Assembly: GCA_904063045.1 (NCBI GenBank)
Contig: CAJFCJ010000002.1
Span: forward strand, 2,351,891-2,415,890
Source: Dimorphilus gyrociliatus
Taxonomy: Eukaryota; Animalia; Annelida
Direction of reading: 5' to 3'
Length of the DNA: 64,000 bases
Part shown: one piece after another, positions 13,186 to 27,399 of the stretch
How positions within the stretch are numbered: position 1 is the stretch's first letter
Layout of the letters: each line of letters begins with the position of its first letter
The notes under the pieces: model-generated
Seen by the model: only the letters and a program-made list of their open reading frames with translations
What the model was told of the DNA's origin: nothing
Databases searched by the model: none
Translations under genes and position numbers: made by a program

Positions 13186-14653
13186 TCATTCCTCAACGAC
13201 ATTTATTCTAAGGATCATTACGTCATTCTTTACATACAGAGGTTGTGTCTCCTTTGATTTTAAATATTCAAGCGGAAGAAATTCAATGTAGCCGAATCCT
13301 TTATGGTTCCTTTCAGCGGTTGGTCTTTGAAATGCTGAGATGTTTACTCTCGATTTTAGAGTTTCATTGATATCTTGCTGTCGATTATTCTGGTCTATAA
13401 GAGTTATATTTATCATACCCTTTGTTTGGCATATCCACAATGAACTATTTCATCTTTCTTATATACATTCGCAATAAAGATTTAATTGTTTGTTTGTTGT
13501 AAATAAAGCTAAAATTGTAGATATTCCAAACTTTAAATGGCCATGATAATGCATCATCAAATTCTCCTTGAACCAAATGAATGAAAACTGACATATATTT
13601 ATCCACCGAAGAATCTACGCCATTTAAATTTAGCCTTATACACATTCTATATCCTGTTGGAGTAGAATAGAAAGCAGGACTATGAACGGCTTGGGCTTTC
13701 CCACTTATTGCGTCTTTTCTTAATTTATCAAACTGTGATATTTTCCATATAAATGGCGAGATTTCAATACAATTAGGCATACTGTTGACCGATAATTTAT
13801 CAATTAACTCTTGTTGCCTATGAACAATACTTTCTAATTGCTTAATTCTATCCTCCAAAGAAACGATAATAGGAGATAGATAGTTCATCTTTTTAATACA
13901 TTCCAATTTATGACTATCGTATTCATTTAGATTAATTAAGCTTTTACAAATCTCGCATTCGACGTCCCGATTCAGGCATTTATTTTTCAAATGATCTGTG
14001 TAAGATTTGACAGAAACGAACAGTGAGCACTTCCGGCATTCTCGATGGGCATATGGACACGATCTTGAATGTTCCTATTAAAAGAAGAGATACATTTGAT
14101 AACAGAGTTTCTGGTTTATTTTAACAGATAAGACAATATTTACTGAGTGAGATAGTAATGGAAAAGTTTTCTTGCATCCGTATTTCTTAAATGAGCAATA
14201 TATATGTAATTGAGCATGAATTTCTCTTCTAGCAAAATTATCAATGAATAGCTTTTCACTTGTTATGTCTTCTTTACATACTGGGCACTTTCTCTTTGAT
14301 TCCCCCCTATAAAATGTTACAGTATTCGTTTTCTTTGTATTACACTAGCTTATGGCTAATAAAATGATTAATTCTCTTAAAAATGCCTTCAATATTACTT
14401 TAAACAATTGAATGATGCGTCTAGAGAGAAATTATTTTAATAAATTGAGTTTTACTTACTGAATCCATTTTGTTATGCATATCTTACAGAAACGATGACC
14501 GCAAATTGTCTGTGCTGGAATTTTAAGTACCATAAGACAAATTGGACAAATGAATTTATCATCTGGTCTCTGAGTAAAAATATTCAAGTCAAATCCACCT
14601 TCGTCACTTGCCTCATTATCTTCACTAATAGCATTTATCCTTAGAGACTTCAT
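13186..14653 (-). CDS. TRAF6: TNF receptor-associated factor 6 (RING, zinc fingers, short coiled coil, MATH)
   Basis: RING CPICLMVLKIPAQTICGHRFCKICITKW; MATH SPAFYSTPTGYRMCIRLNL, SVFIHLVQGEFDDALSWPF and the TRAF6-type AFQRPTAERNHKGFGYIEF. Confidence 0.9.
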
Positions 14654-16114
14654 ATCATTTGTTATTCCAAAATTTGATGTATACTATATAGAATATATAA
14701 AACTTTCTTTCCTATATGTTAGAGTTTCTCTCTCGGGATAAGAGATCTATCTTCAGAAGCGTAATATTCTCCTCTGATAAATAATAAGAGAGAAATAGAA
14801 GCTTATTAAAAAAAAAAGCTTCCTCTTTCCGTAGCAGCTATTGGAAACTGCAATATCTATTTTTAGCTAATATACATACTATATACATATATAATATAAA
14901 AGATACAAGGTCAACAAAAGAAAATATTAGACTATATATTTAAACAATTAGGGAATATTTCCCTCTTCTCTGTTCCTTTAAGTTGTTATTAACAATTTTT
15001 ATTAATGTAATATCACATCTTACTACGAAATTTCAAGGATATAAATAAACAATTGATACTATTGACTCGTGTAAATAGAATAGTTTGTTGACAGTTTTCA
15101 GATTAAATTGGTAGGGTAAAATTGTCAAAATGGACAGGAAATAAAACTTATTCGCGTTATTATTTTAAGACTAGCTATTGTACAACTCGAAAACAAAATA
15201 TTACAATAATCTATTATCGTAACATAGTGCTGACATCTTGCGTTGACTAGTTTTATCATATTTTATGTTGAAAAAAAGTTTTAATCTTATCATTTCGTGA
15301 GTTTGTTCATAAGCCTATATATTTGTATATATTATGTATTATTCAGAGTTTATATATCTTAAATGTTTCAATAAAATTTCACACTTTTACGACAAGAAAA
15401 ACAGCTTAAAGATCAAAAAAATTTGAACTAGATTTTCTTTTTAAAGCTCTGTAAACATTGTTAAAAAGCCTAATTGGCGATAGTGACTAAAGCTATTTTT
15501 AAGCTTTTCATAATTGTTCATAATATAAGATTATTCTTCTTAAATTACTTAACAGAAGAAAAGGTTTTCTCTTACGTGAAAAGTATAATAATTATACAAT
15601 AATTGTAATATCAGACTTACCACACGAATATTACAGGAAGTTCTCTAGTAAAATATACTTTTTTGATATTACTATATTATCGCTCATGTTTTAATAAAAT
15701 TTATTATCTATTTAAAAATGATAAAATATTCGAGTAATTTTTTAAATAACGTAATAATTAAATATTATTCGATAGCAAGGAAAATGAATATTTAGGATAA
15801 AAGTAATAAAATTTTGTATAGAAAGATAGATATTTACTATTTAGAGAGGAAATCTAAATGCTAGAATAGAACTTGTATTTGTATACGTTCATTCAAGTTT
15901 CTTCTATCTTCCTAAACATTCAGGCATTTGAAACTCTTTTGTCGTACTTAAAAGTGTGAAAATTGTAAAATTTTAATTGTTTACCTGATCTATACAGATT
16001 TACAATTATTTACAAAATACTATAGATATTTTATCTATTCAACATATCGATTGTTTGTTGTTTTTTTTTTAAAAAAAACAAAAAGAAACTATTTTTATAA
16101 AAAGAAAAAAGGTA

Positions 16115-19100
16115 ATGCATCTTTTACTGACAAAAGTCGCCTTCTTTACAAGTGCTATAACAATAATTACTGGTAAGTACGAATGTTATTTCAATTGAAT
16201 ATTATACAAGAATTTGTCGTGTTAATTCATAATTTACAGCCCAATGTATAGTAAATTCAAAGTTCACAAATAATAATTGGTTTACGCATTACGAAAAGTT
16301 TACACCATGGATATGGAAATTCTCAGCGGAGAAAATCGGATGGATATCGCCAGGAAAAATAGGTAACTATTATTAAACACATAGAGCGAAATTTAAATAC
16401 CTATTGCATTCAATTTATTGGTATCTACATCTATTGTAAAAATAACAAATATTAGTATGTTTACTAGTATATATTAATATATATAAACATACTGCGAAAA
16501 TGTTGTTACGTAATATCTATAGGTACGTAGGTTACTTTGTAGTGACTATCGTCCGTTTCATATATTCTATTAGATTGAACTGTAGTTCATTTCCATTTAA
16601 TCTAAATGTGCTATACACTCGACAGACGATTCGGTGTATATAGAGAATAAAGGCTCACAGCTAGACGGAATTGTTATGAAGTGAAGCGAACTTTATAGAG
16701 TGAATCTTTCGCAATAATTACGTTTTTTTTTCTTTTATTTCTTTTAGTTTAAAGGTGATAAAATATAGGTCACTTTAAACACCTTTCAACGATTTTTTAA
16801 TACCTAGAAAGAGGTTGAAAAAGAAAGTATACAAATTATAAATGAATTACGGATAATTTCTTTATGATTTCTTGTTTACTAAGATACCGAGACGTGTCAA
16901 AGAATAACGCAGTTATATCTATATCTATATACTTTTTTATTATATAGTATTATAAAAAAACCACATAAATAATCTTCTTTTCCCTTTTTCAATTTTCTAC
17001 CAGAATATACATGCAAATCGGTAACTTACTTGAACGGTAATGAATACGTCATTACAGCCGAGAGTGGAGGAAGTTTGGTCTGTGTTAAAGCCATTTCTTC
17101 TATCGACAGCTCACCATTCCTTTACAGACTTTCTTACATACGTAAATAAAATAGGTTTATTAATTAATTAATTATCTAAGTAAATACTGCTTTATAATTA
17201 TTAGAGAAAACTTCTTCAAAAACCATATGTACTGCATATGAACCAGAATATAACGCAGTTGAAGTTCGATGGTTTATTCCATGTATGATTTTTAAATTAT
17301 TGACAAACTAATAGATCTAATGATTTTTCCTAAATCCCTACCATATATCTATATGTATATAGATAGTATAGATAACAAGATAGATATGACAAAGACAATT
17401 AGGTGCCCAATTCCAGTTGGACCTTATCAATTTACTTTTAAATTATCGGACGAAAATGTTTTCTGTCAAAACGATAAAAGTTCTACAGCTTTAATAAACG
17501 CGGATGGTACTATATCAATTTCAAGTTGTATTGGTCTGGCAAGCGATGGATATCACGAATACAGTAGGAGCATAATATATCAAATATAATCGGTTGTTTT
17601 ATCAATTAATTTCGTTTTCTTTTTGAAGAAAAACCGTATATAAGTGGCTATAAGCTTAGCTGCTTATCGTCCATGCCGGGCAAATGGGTTAATTCCGACG
17701 ACAAAGGGCAAGTACTCTTACTAGGGACAACCAGCGGTGCTGATCAGCCTAGGTTCTATTGTGCTGTAAGTGAATTAACAAATTAACAACTTGAATAAAA
17801 CGCTGTATTACAATTACCATAGAGATACAAATATACATCAGGAATTCATCATTTATCACTAAACATAGCTATAATAGAACAAGCAGAATGTAAGGAAGAT
17901 CAAGATTATTTGAGTGCTGAAACTGAGAATTCTATTGGATTCTTATTTATTGGTCTGTAGAAATTATTAAAAGAGAAATTAATCATTTATCTATAATAAT
18001 ATTTATTATACAGCTCCTGATTCGCCTTGCGATTTGAATACTTGCAAAAATGGGGGAACTTGTATTCCCAACGGTAAACTATACAGTTGCCAATGTCCAA
18101 CTAGCTTTAACGGAGAAAATTGCGAATTCGGTTAATATTTTTATCATTTGATTGTTTGAATAGCATGATATTTTTCATCGAAGAAAAGAAGAAAAACAGA
18201 GAATCGTTTCTAATAATAATTGAATAACAGGAAATGCTGTTTGTAACCCGAATCCCTGTAAAAATGGAGGAAAATGCATAGTTAAAGTAGACGATTATTC
18301 TTGCGAATGCCAATACGGTTATTCATCAAAAAATTGCGAAACACGTAAGTTTATATCTTCTTTTGTTATATAATATTCTTATTAGTGAAATTATAAACGT
18401 ACTTGTATTTATTTATATAGAAAATACTATACTCTCTTTATCCTAAAATATGGATAGTATATCTTAAAAAATCTAGTGTTATTTATAGATTAAACTTAGC
18501 TAATAAAGTTACCTTACATTAACTTGGTCATATTTTTGTTTTATTATAACAAACAATTCAGCCCCTTCCGTTTGCCAGAACATAAATTGTAATAATGGAG
18601 GTATTTGTATGCCAACTTCCAATGGAGGATATACTTGTAAATGTCCCGTTGGATATCAGGGAGATTCTTGTCGCCAACGTAATTAGTCACTACCGCATTG
18701 CTTTGTTTTTAATATAATTCACAATCTAACTAATCACAGCCGTTTGTAATCCATCACCGTGCTTAAATAACGGCATCTGTGAGGTAGCCGATAGTACTCT
18801 AGGCTACTATTGTCGCTGTACGCAATCATTTACTGGATCGAGATGCCAAGAAAGTCCGTTTAGTTTTTCTTACTTTTTTTTATATTTTTTCATTTAATTT
18901 AAATATTCAAGTTGAAAAAATTGAAAACTTTATTCATTTTGTTGTTTTTTGTTTTTTAATAAAAAAAAGACATAGGCATATGTGAAAACAATAAATGTCA
19001 AGCAGGAGGAACTTGTCAGGTTGAACCGGATAATTCGTATAGCTGTAAATGCCGTACCGATAGAGGTGGAAGCCTATGCGAATTTCGTAAGATTCAATAA

Positions 19101-22100
19101 GAATTATAACAATAAATTATAAAAAAAAACACACCTGTTATACCTTTTCTTTACATGTAGCTCTTGAAATCTATCCTTTGAAATTAATGAGAATCGATAA
19201 ATGGTGGGAGAAATATGAAATAATAAATAACGTATGGTACGATAATATACTGGAGTATAATACTTATTCAAAATCTTCATTTACTGAACCTAACAGGAAA
19301 AAAATAGGTCAGATTTGTTACATATTCCTTTTATTTTCTTTTTTTTTTAAAGAAAAAAACTCTTATTTTGTTTTCTCTTTCCTTTATTATTTATTGTTAA
19401 TAGCAACGAAACAGCTAATTTCAAAGCATTCAGTAAATGATAAAGAAATGTATTTTATCGAATTAAATTCTATAACAAAGCATAAAGAATGCATTAGAAT
19501 TATTAATTTGGATAATATGTCTTTGGTTTGGAAATATACTCTATTTGGTAAAATATGAGAATATAATATTATCGATATAATAAAGTATTAATTAACTTAT
19601 TCTTAACAGGAGTTCCCAATGCTTTCGCATACCAATGCCCCAATTATATGACCTCTACGGACTCTTTTACCTTACAAATATCATGTAAACATTATCAAGA
19701 TTAGACAAATCTCATTGCATTTCCTAATTTTATATATATATATATATATTTTTATTATTAGATCCGATGCCCGTCATAGCCAGTTCAACTTGCCCCCTCA
19801 CGGAAGGAACGTACGCAACAATAGTGTCGTATAATGGAGCGTCTAACTATTGTCGACAAGATTCGTCTAGTACAACTATAATTAAAGGGAATAAAATAAC
19901 ATTCAACACCTGCCTTACAAATAATCCTTATAAGGAACCGTTCAAGCAGACGTTAATTTGTTTAGAGAAATGGCCGAGATCATACATTCATTCTGCTACC
20001 AATGATTGGGGAGATTTCATTCTTCTAGGTTATTTAGACGAAACGACTAGCAGATGGTTTTACTATTGCACGGTATTATCAGAGATTATTCGCTATTTGC
20101 TTCCAAATAGTAATTGTATAACTCCTGTTTCTCTAATAGAGATATAAAGAAACGTCAACTCAAATCCAAATGTCATTAAACGTGGAAGATGATAAAGAAG
20201 TTACATGTAGAAAAAATTCATTATTCTCGACATCTTCAACCAATTATGTCAATTTTGCCTTAGATAGTTTAGTGGTTTTTTTCTGTTGTTTTGTTTTTAT
20301 GATCTCTTATCACTTAAACTTTTTTCTTTATTCCGTAAAAAAATAGAACCCCAAACTTCAACGGAAGCTCCATCTATATCTTGCATATCCAATGAGAAAA
20401 TTTGTGAAAATAGCGGAACTTGCATAAGAAAGGACGGAAAACCAGTTTGTGTATGTTTAGACGGTTTTGATGGAGATAATTGTGAAATAAGTAAATATTT
20501 GTATTCTATTATAGTTGTTTTAGACAATTCTTTTAAATACTCTTCTTATTAAGCTTTGGAGATGGGAAGTTGTACTAATGCCTGTAATCCAGCCGGCGTT
20601 CAAAATTGTGAGACGAAAGGAGCGTATTTTAGATGTTACTGTAAGGAGAATTACACAGGCATTCTATGTGAAAAGGAACTATTAACTGGAAGATGCTCAT
20701 CTGTGAATGAATGCAACAAGCAGACAAGTGTCAGATGTAATCAAGTTGATTACGAAAAATCGTTTTACAATTGTGAATGTTTGGGATCATACGGTGGAAG
20801 TCGATGCGAACATTGTACGCTAATTAGCTAATTGATTAATTAATTAATTAACCAATATTTATGTTAATTTATTCAGATATGTTAGAAGGTGAATGCAAAG
20901 ATACAGCATGCCATAAAGATACCACTGAAAAGTGTATGCAAGTTTGGGGGAATAAACACTATTGCGTTTGCAAAACTGGTTATGGAAATAGCCTATGTCA
21001 ACACGGTATCATTTTTTTATTATTCATCTGTTAACATTTAAATAAAGAATCAGTAAAAAAAATATATATGAGATAAGAATCTATTTGACTTTTCTAAAGT
21101 TACATTACCTTTTACTATCTACAACCTCTTTCTCCTCTTCATTCAGAAGTTATCAACGGAGGCAATTGTACTAAACACGAATGCCTTTCAAAGTCGACAA
21201 CGAGTTGTTTAGAACATTCTATCAACAATTATTATAGATGTCAGTGTGCTGTTCCATATACTGGAAAGTATTGTGAAAAAGGTAGACTCTCTTTTCTACA
21301 AATGTTTGTTTACCTTCAATTAGGTTTTAAATATAGAATGTGTCAATCATTCTTTTCGTCTTTTAAACAACTTGAATATATAGATATTGATATTAATATT
21401 TAATGCTTAACACAGAATTGGTTAAAGGAAATTGTACAGAGTCGAAATGCGACCAAACTAACACTGAAAATTGCGAGCAGCAACAATCAAGCGAAAATTA
21501 TCAATACTACTGCAAATGTAAAGATGGTTACGCGGGTAAATTTTGTACTGCAAGTAAGTTTTTACAATTTTAATATAAAGATAACTTATTAATTCAATGA
21601 TAATTAATCATATTTTATCATTTAAATTTAGCTTTAGTCACTGGAAAGTGTTTAGGTAGCAACCAATGTATCTCAGATAATACTATTCAATGTGTAAATC
21701 ACCTACAAAATTCTTTCTTCTGCGACTGCAAATCTGGATGGATCGGTAGAAACTGTTCGGAATTCGTTGGAGGTTAATTTCTATAATATTATTAAGCAAA
21801 ATATGTTTTAAACAGTATTACACATTACAAATTAGAGCCTCTTTTATATTTTTCTTTTTTATACAGAGTTATGCTCTCCTTCTCCATGCCTTAACAAAGG
21901 AGTTTGTATCCAAAAGGGTGGCGACTTCGAGTGCAAATGTAACACAAAGTATAAAGGTTCTACTTGCTCAGAACCGGTTGAGATTGAGGAAGATGATACC
22001 TCTATTTTGGAGGGCAGGAGTTTAGTGCTTGTCATTGTTCTTTGTGCTGTTTTGGTATTTGTTATTATTGCTATTGTGGCAATAGCTTTCATCATCAAAA

Positions 22101-22318
22101 GACAAAGAGAGAATAACAAGGCCAGATTAAGGTTGACAAGTCGTCTGGCATCACAGGAAAACATTGAAAATCGGAACAATCACGGGTCCGTATCTTCGTC
22201 CGCTTCGAAATGGTATCCAGACTATAAATCTGCCGACGCCGGCACCGGTAGTTTAAGAAGTCAATCTAGCGTCGTATACGACGCTCAGACGATTAATCAA
22301 AACATTAACGAACTATGA
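16115..22318 (+). CDS. Large type-I membrane protein: signal peptide, Cys-bridged module, 5 EGF, second module, 8 EGF, TM, Ser-rich tail
   Basis: Signal exon MHLLLTKVAFFTSAITIIT; mostly phase-1 EGF exons (e.g. CDLNTCKNGGTCIPNGKLYSCQCPTSFNGENCE); TM VLVIVLCAVLVFVIIAIVAIAFII followed by KRQR. A further small 3' exon near 22366 is possible. Confidence 0.85.
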
Positions 22319-23461
22319 ATTAATATGTCAATATTCTAAAATAGTTTGTTTAATACACATTGCAGATCTGAAGGAAAACGTCACAAAGATAGGTGAGCAT
22401 TTAATTGGAAAACATAGCTGTATATCTATTAATAATAATAAAAAAGACGAATTAATAAAATAAACCAAACCTTTGCTTTTTTTGACATTCTAAAACAAAG
22501 CAAACAGCAAAATAAATAAATAAAAAAACTTTTAAAGCTTCTATAACAAGTTATACTTTAATTTTTTTTCCTATCTTCTTCTATTTTGTTTAATATTTTG
22601 TTAATAAAGAATTATTCCAAATATCTAAGCATCAATCTATCTTTAGTTAACGTGTTTTTTCTCTAAAAAGTATGATTTTTTTTTTAAAAAAAAAAATTTA
22701 ACTATAATATTTATTTAATATCGTAACAAATGCACTATTATTTAGTTTCAGGAATAACGGCTATAGCCTACTAAATATGTCGCAATTTTTATAAGAAACA
22801 AAACTAAAACACAAAAACAAAGCACGTTATTGTTTATATATATACCACAAAAAAAAACACTTTTTAATGATGTTGACTATTGACTATTAAGAAAATTGTT
22901 GAATCAAATTTGCAGATTTTACAAGTTATCTTTGGATTCTACTGATTTGTAAGTCTCTCTTTATCTTTCCAAACTTTTGAAAAGTAAAGTTTTGTAATAG
23001 AGATAATAAATGAAGCTTTCTGTTTATTTGTTTTCTTCCAATTCTCTTCTTTTGCATGTTCTCTTTTATTATTATTATTAAAACACGAATAATTTATTTA
23101 AATAGAGCATTAAAATAATGTTATTCTTCCTTCTTTTCGGTTTATTAGTTATCTTTATCGCTTTCATTGCAATCCCTAAATTAGGACAGTTTAACGGCAC
23201 ATTTTTAGGATATTGCATAGAATTAGTTATTTTTGGAACAGTTTAATGATAATCCTAGTTGAAAAATATGTATTTAAATGGAAAACATTGTTCTAACTAG
23301 TCTTATGACTAATTTGACAAAAAAACCTCATCGTTATCGTATTACGTCACATGTTCGTACAAACAAAACCCAATGTACGAAAATAAAGTAAGTCACATGA
23401 GATATATTTTTGGAGAGTTTATAAATTGATGATAAAGAGAATTGGTACTTTAAACAAGTTA

Positions 23462-26400
23462 ATGTCACGAAAGATGAATCCATTCTGTGATAATCAAGTA
23501 TGGCGAAATATGTCAAAAAGAATATGGAATAATGAAAAAAATAAGGAGGAATGGGATGATAAATTTCGGAAGGATGTTCAAGTAAAGACCTTCCAAATTA
23601 AAATTACTCATATTTTTATTTTTTCTTTTCTTCTCCTAGTCGTTAATAAGTTTCATAGAGAAAACGAATAAAAGAGATTCCGGTTCATTTTGGACAAAAT
23701 TAACGCTCCGTTTAACTAGATTGAAGATGGATATCATTTATAATATAATGAAATCAGAGAAAAGATTGAACGCTTGCGGTGGTACTGGATTTCTAACGAT
23801 TGTAAATCATTTAAATTTTACTGCAAATTCATTTTTTAGGTATTTAATTATTATTATTATACTGCAAAATATTCAAGGTTAATAATAGAAGCTTGGTTTT
23901 ATTTTTTTTTTTGCAGGAGTGGTAAATGCTTCAAAGTAATTCTCCGACACGCAAATTTTAAGGAACAGGACGATGCTAGCCTGGACACTCGTGTTGCTTG
24001 TCTTCGTCTAGACGATGAAGAAGGACAACGTCTAGATCTAATCTTAACAACAGGAAGAGCACCTCTATTCTGGAATGCATTAGATCTGGAAAAACTATTA
24101 AAATCAGTTGAAAATGATGAACATTCAATGAAAAGGTGGCTCTTTGAAAGACCTTTAAAGTAGGCATTGCTTCAATAATGCTGTCTTTCGTTCATACTCC
24201 TTTCGTTAACAGTTTATTTAATACATTGGAAAGCGTAAGAGGTGATATGAACTCATATTTTGATCAACAATACTTCAGCAATTGCTTATATGAAGTTGAA
24301 AGCGATTTTGGGGAATATACACCTTGCGCTTTAAGGTTGATACCTGCTGACGGAACGCAACAATCCGGTCTTCCATCGGAACTGGATCAAATGAATATTA
24401 CGTATAAATACTCTTGTTATATTATAAAATATTTTATATATTAGTAATAATCTTTATATTTATTCAATAAAAACTATCAAGTAATGTAAAAAGGAGACCT
24501 GGAGATAATAGAAAAAAAGACTATCTATGCCAAGAATACAATAGTAGCTTAGATGTTTCCCCTCTTCAATATAGGTTACAAATGCTGTTACTAAATAAAG
24601 TAGAGGAATATATTGAAATAGGTTCGTATAAACTCTTGTTTAACTAGTTTTCTATAAATGTTACATTCTAATTTCAATAGTTGGACTTAAGAAGGTCGAA
24701 AAGACTCGAACTTGGCAAGATTTAGCTATAATTACAATATGCTTTCCAATTTGTAATAATAGCCTTTACGATTTGAAATTTAACTTGGAAAATCATCCAG
24801 AATCGTTTAGGAGACTAGAGGTTAACGACGAAGATGATTTCAATTCACATTCATTCATTTTTCCCGAATTCTTGGGAACAATATCTAAGCCTATTAAAAA
24901 GTAAGAACTAAGAACATCTTATAAAAAGATAATCTTTCAAGATTTATTCATTAAATAGAATTGGTATGAATGAGACAAAAAAGCAAATTTTATCTAAATA
25001 TTCAATATCATTTGAAACTGGTGATTTTCCGGAAGCTGCAACAAATTCCGATGTTTATATATCTTTAACTGGTTAAATATTTTTGAATAATGATCAATCA
25101 AAAGTGATTATAGACAAATCTATTATTAATTCAAACAGGTAAAAGAAAGAAAAGTAACAGATTTTTACTAGAAAATTCAATATTTGAGAATTTTGAATCG
25201 GGAAAAGCTCGTAAATTTTCAATTGAACTCGAAGAAATTGACGATCTTCTTGCAATTGATATTGAATTATGTAAAAATGTCGGAAGTAGAAATTGGTTTT
25301 TGAATAGAGTGATAGTCACAGATGAAAACGGTGAAAATTCAATATTTCCCTGCTTTAGATGGCTTATTCCAGGAGATAATGGTATAACCCTAAGAAACGA
25401 GAGAGGTATTCACAAAAAAAAAGCGTTTTAGATTAATAAGATAACACATTCAAGTGTTATTCTTTTTCTATAGAATGTTTACCTCAATACGAAACAAGCG
25501 TATTCTGTTATCTAAAGAGAAAAGAAGAGTTGGAAAAGACAAGATTACAATTTACATGGCGAAAACAAAATTCATTGCCATCAAGCTTAAATATTTCAAG
25601 GTTTTAATAATTTTACATACTAAAGCATTGTTAATTTATTAAATTAATTAATTAGATACGAAAATCTACCAAGAAATTCAAGATTTCTTAACGATGAATT
25701 ATCACTTAATAAAGAATTTAAAGAATTTCTCTCCAAAACTGATACTTTCGGTCTTAATTCAATAATTAATATATTCGACAGTTGGAATCCACTTACAGAT
25801 TCACTTAAGCTAGCTTCAAGGATTGTTAAAAACAAGTAGATAAAATATAAATCCTCCTGATCTTAGTATCAAAAGGATTAAACATTTAATTTAAGTACTA
25901 TTAAATAATTCCTAAATTAGGGACTTATTGAAAGATTTATGCGAAAAATCTGATTCGGATGAAGAATTTATTCGTCAACTTACATCAGGCCCTTTTTCGA
26001 CTAGAATTCGTGGAATAGATAAACTGCCAAGTTATATAGAAGGTGGAAAGAAAATGTACGAACTTATTGAAAGAAAATTGGACATTTCTGAAGCTTTAAA
26101 AGTAGTTTATGATTCTATTAAATTGAATATTTTAATAGAATTAAATTTTTTGTTTTAGAGAGGCTACATATTCCTAATAAATTATCCAGAAATCGACGGA
26201 CTAATTCGATTAGGTAACACAGAAGTAGAGCCAACCTGTCTTATTCACCTAACAGAAAATGGTAAACTTATGCCATTGGCTATACAAATAAACAAAGTAA
26301 ACCTTTCCTTTTTATTTAATGCCTTTAAGTGATTAATTTATTGCTTAATAATTAGAATTCAAAGACAATCTACACTCCCCTAGATAAACCTGTTGCATGG

Positions 26401-27399
26401 AAATTCGCAAAGTTATTGTTAAAGAGTATTGATATTACATTTTATCATTTAATAACTATGGAACTGTATACAAGGAATGTCCTAGAAATATTTGCGGTTG
26501 GTTTATATCGTCAATTGCCATGTATTCATCCTGTTTATCAAATTCTGCAACCGTTTATTAAGCATATATTTGCCTATAACTTACAAATTTTTGAAACTGT
26601 TCACGAAAGCGACATTTACAATGAAATACTTGTTATTAAAAGAAGAGAGAGGGAAATTTTTCTGAGAAAGGCCTACAATTGCTTTGACCTTTCTAAATTG
26701 CATGTTCCTAAAGATCTTAGTAAGAGGGGTCTTGATATGATTGATGAACAGTTATGGGATAATACATTTGCCGAATTATCTTTGGAATTTTGGAAAGTTT
26801 TACAGAAATATGTCAAATCTCTAATAAGCTCGTATTACAGATCTTCGGAAGATATTCAAGGGGATGAGGAATTACAATCGTGGATTGATGACGTCTTACG
26901 AAATGGATTTTCAAAAGTTTCTAGCCATCAAATGCATAATATACCTTCTAGCTTAAAGACAAAAGAGGAACTAATCGACCTAGTAACGCTTATCATTTAT
27001 ACGTCAACTTTCCGTTTAGCATCTTTAACAAACTCGATTACGGAACTAAACGGTTGCGTTGATATGAATCCAGTCAAATTAAAAGTTGAAGAATCTTTCC
27101 TCAAAGATCTTCACGAACGTTCAGGACTGAAAAAGTTCCTACCTAACAGGGAAAATACCGCTAAACACTTGGCCATGTGTAAATTATTATCAACATCTTT
27201 CACAATGATTAATAATAGGGAAGCGTTTAGCTCAGAATTGAAATATCAAGAAAAATTAAAACAACAAGCATTTTCAACGCTTCAAATGAATATTCTAAAT
27301 GTTCTTAAAAGATTCGATGAAGATAAAATAAAAGAATTCGCCGATCCACTAATCATATGCGAAATCTTCTCTATTCACACTTCAAAGAAAACTTTATAA
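23462..27399 (+). CDS. Catalase-like allene oxide synthase - PLAT - lipoxygenase fusion protein; catalytic residues apparently lost
   Basis: About 11 in-phase exons. AOS-like LRHANFKEQDDASLDTR, DYLCQEY..LQYRLQ, WQDLA, FNLENHPES, DFNS. PLAT TGDFPEAATNSDVYISLTG..WFLNRV..FPCFRW. LOX LMPLAIQIN, HPVYQILQP, DEELQSWIDDV. Confidence 0.88.
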
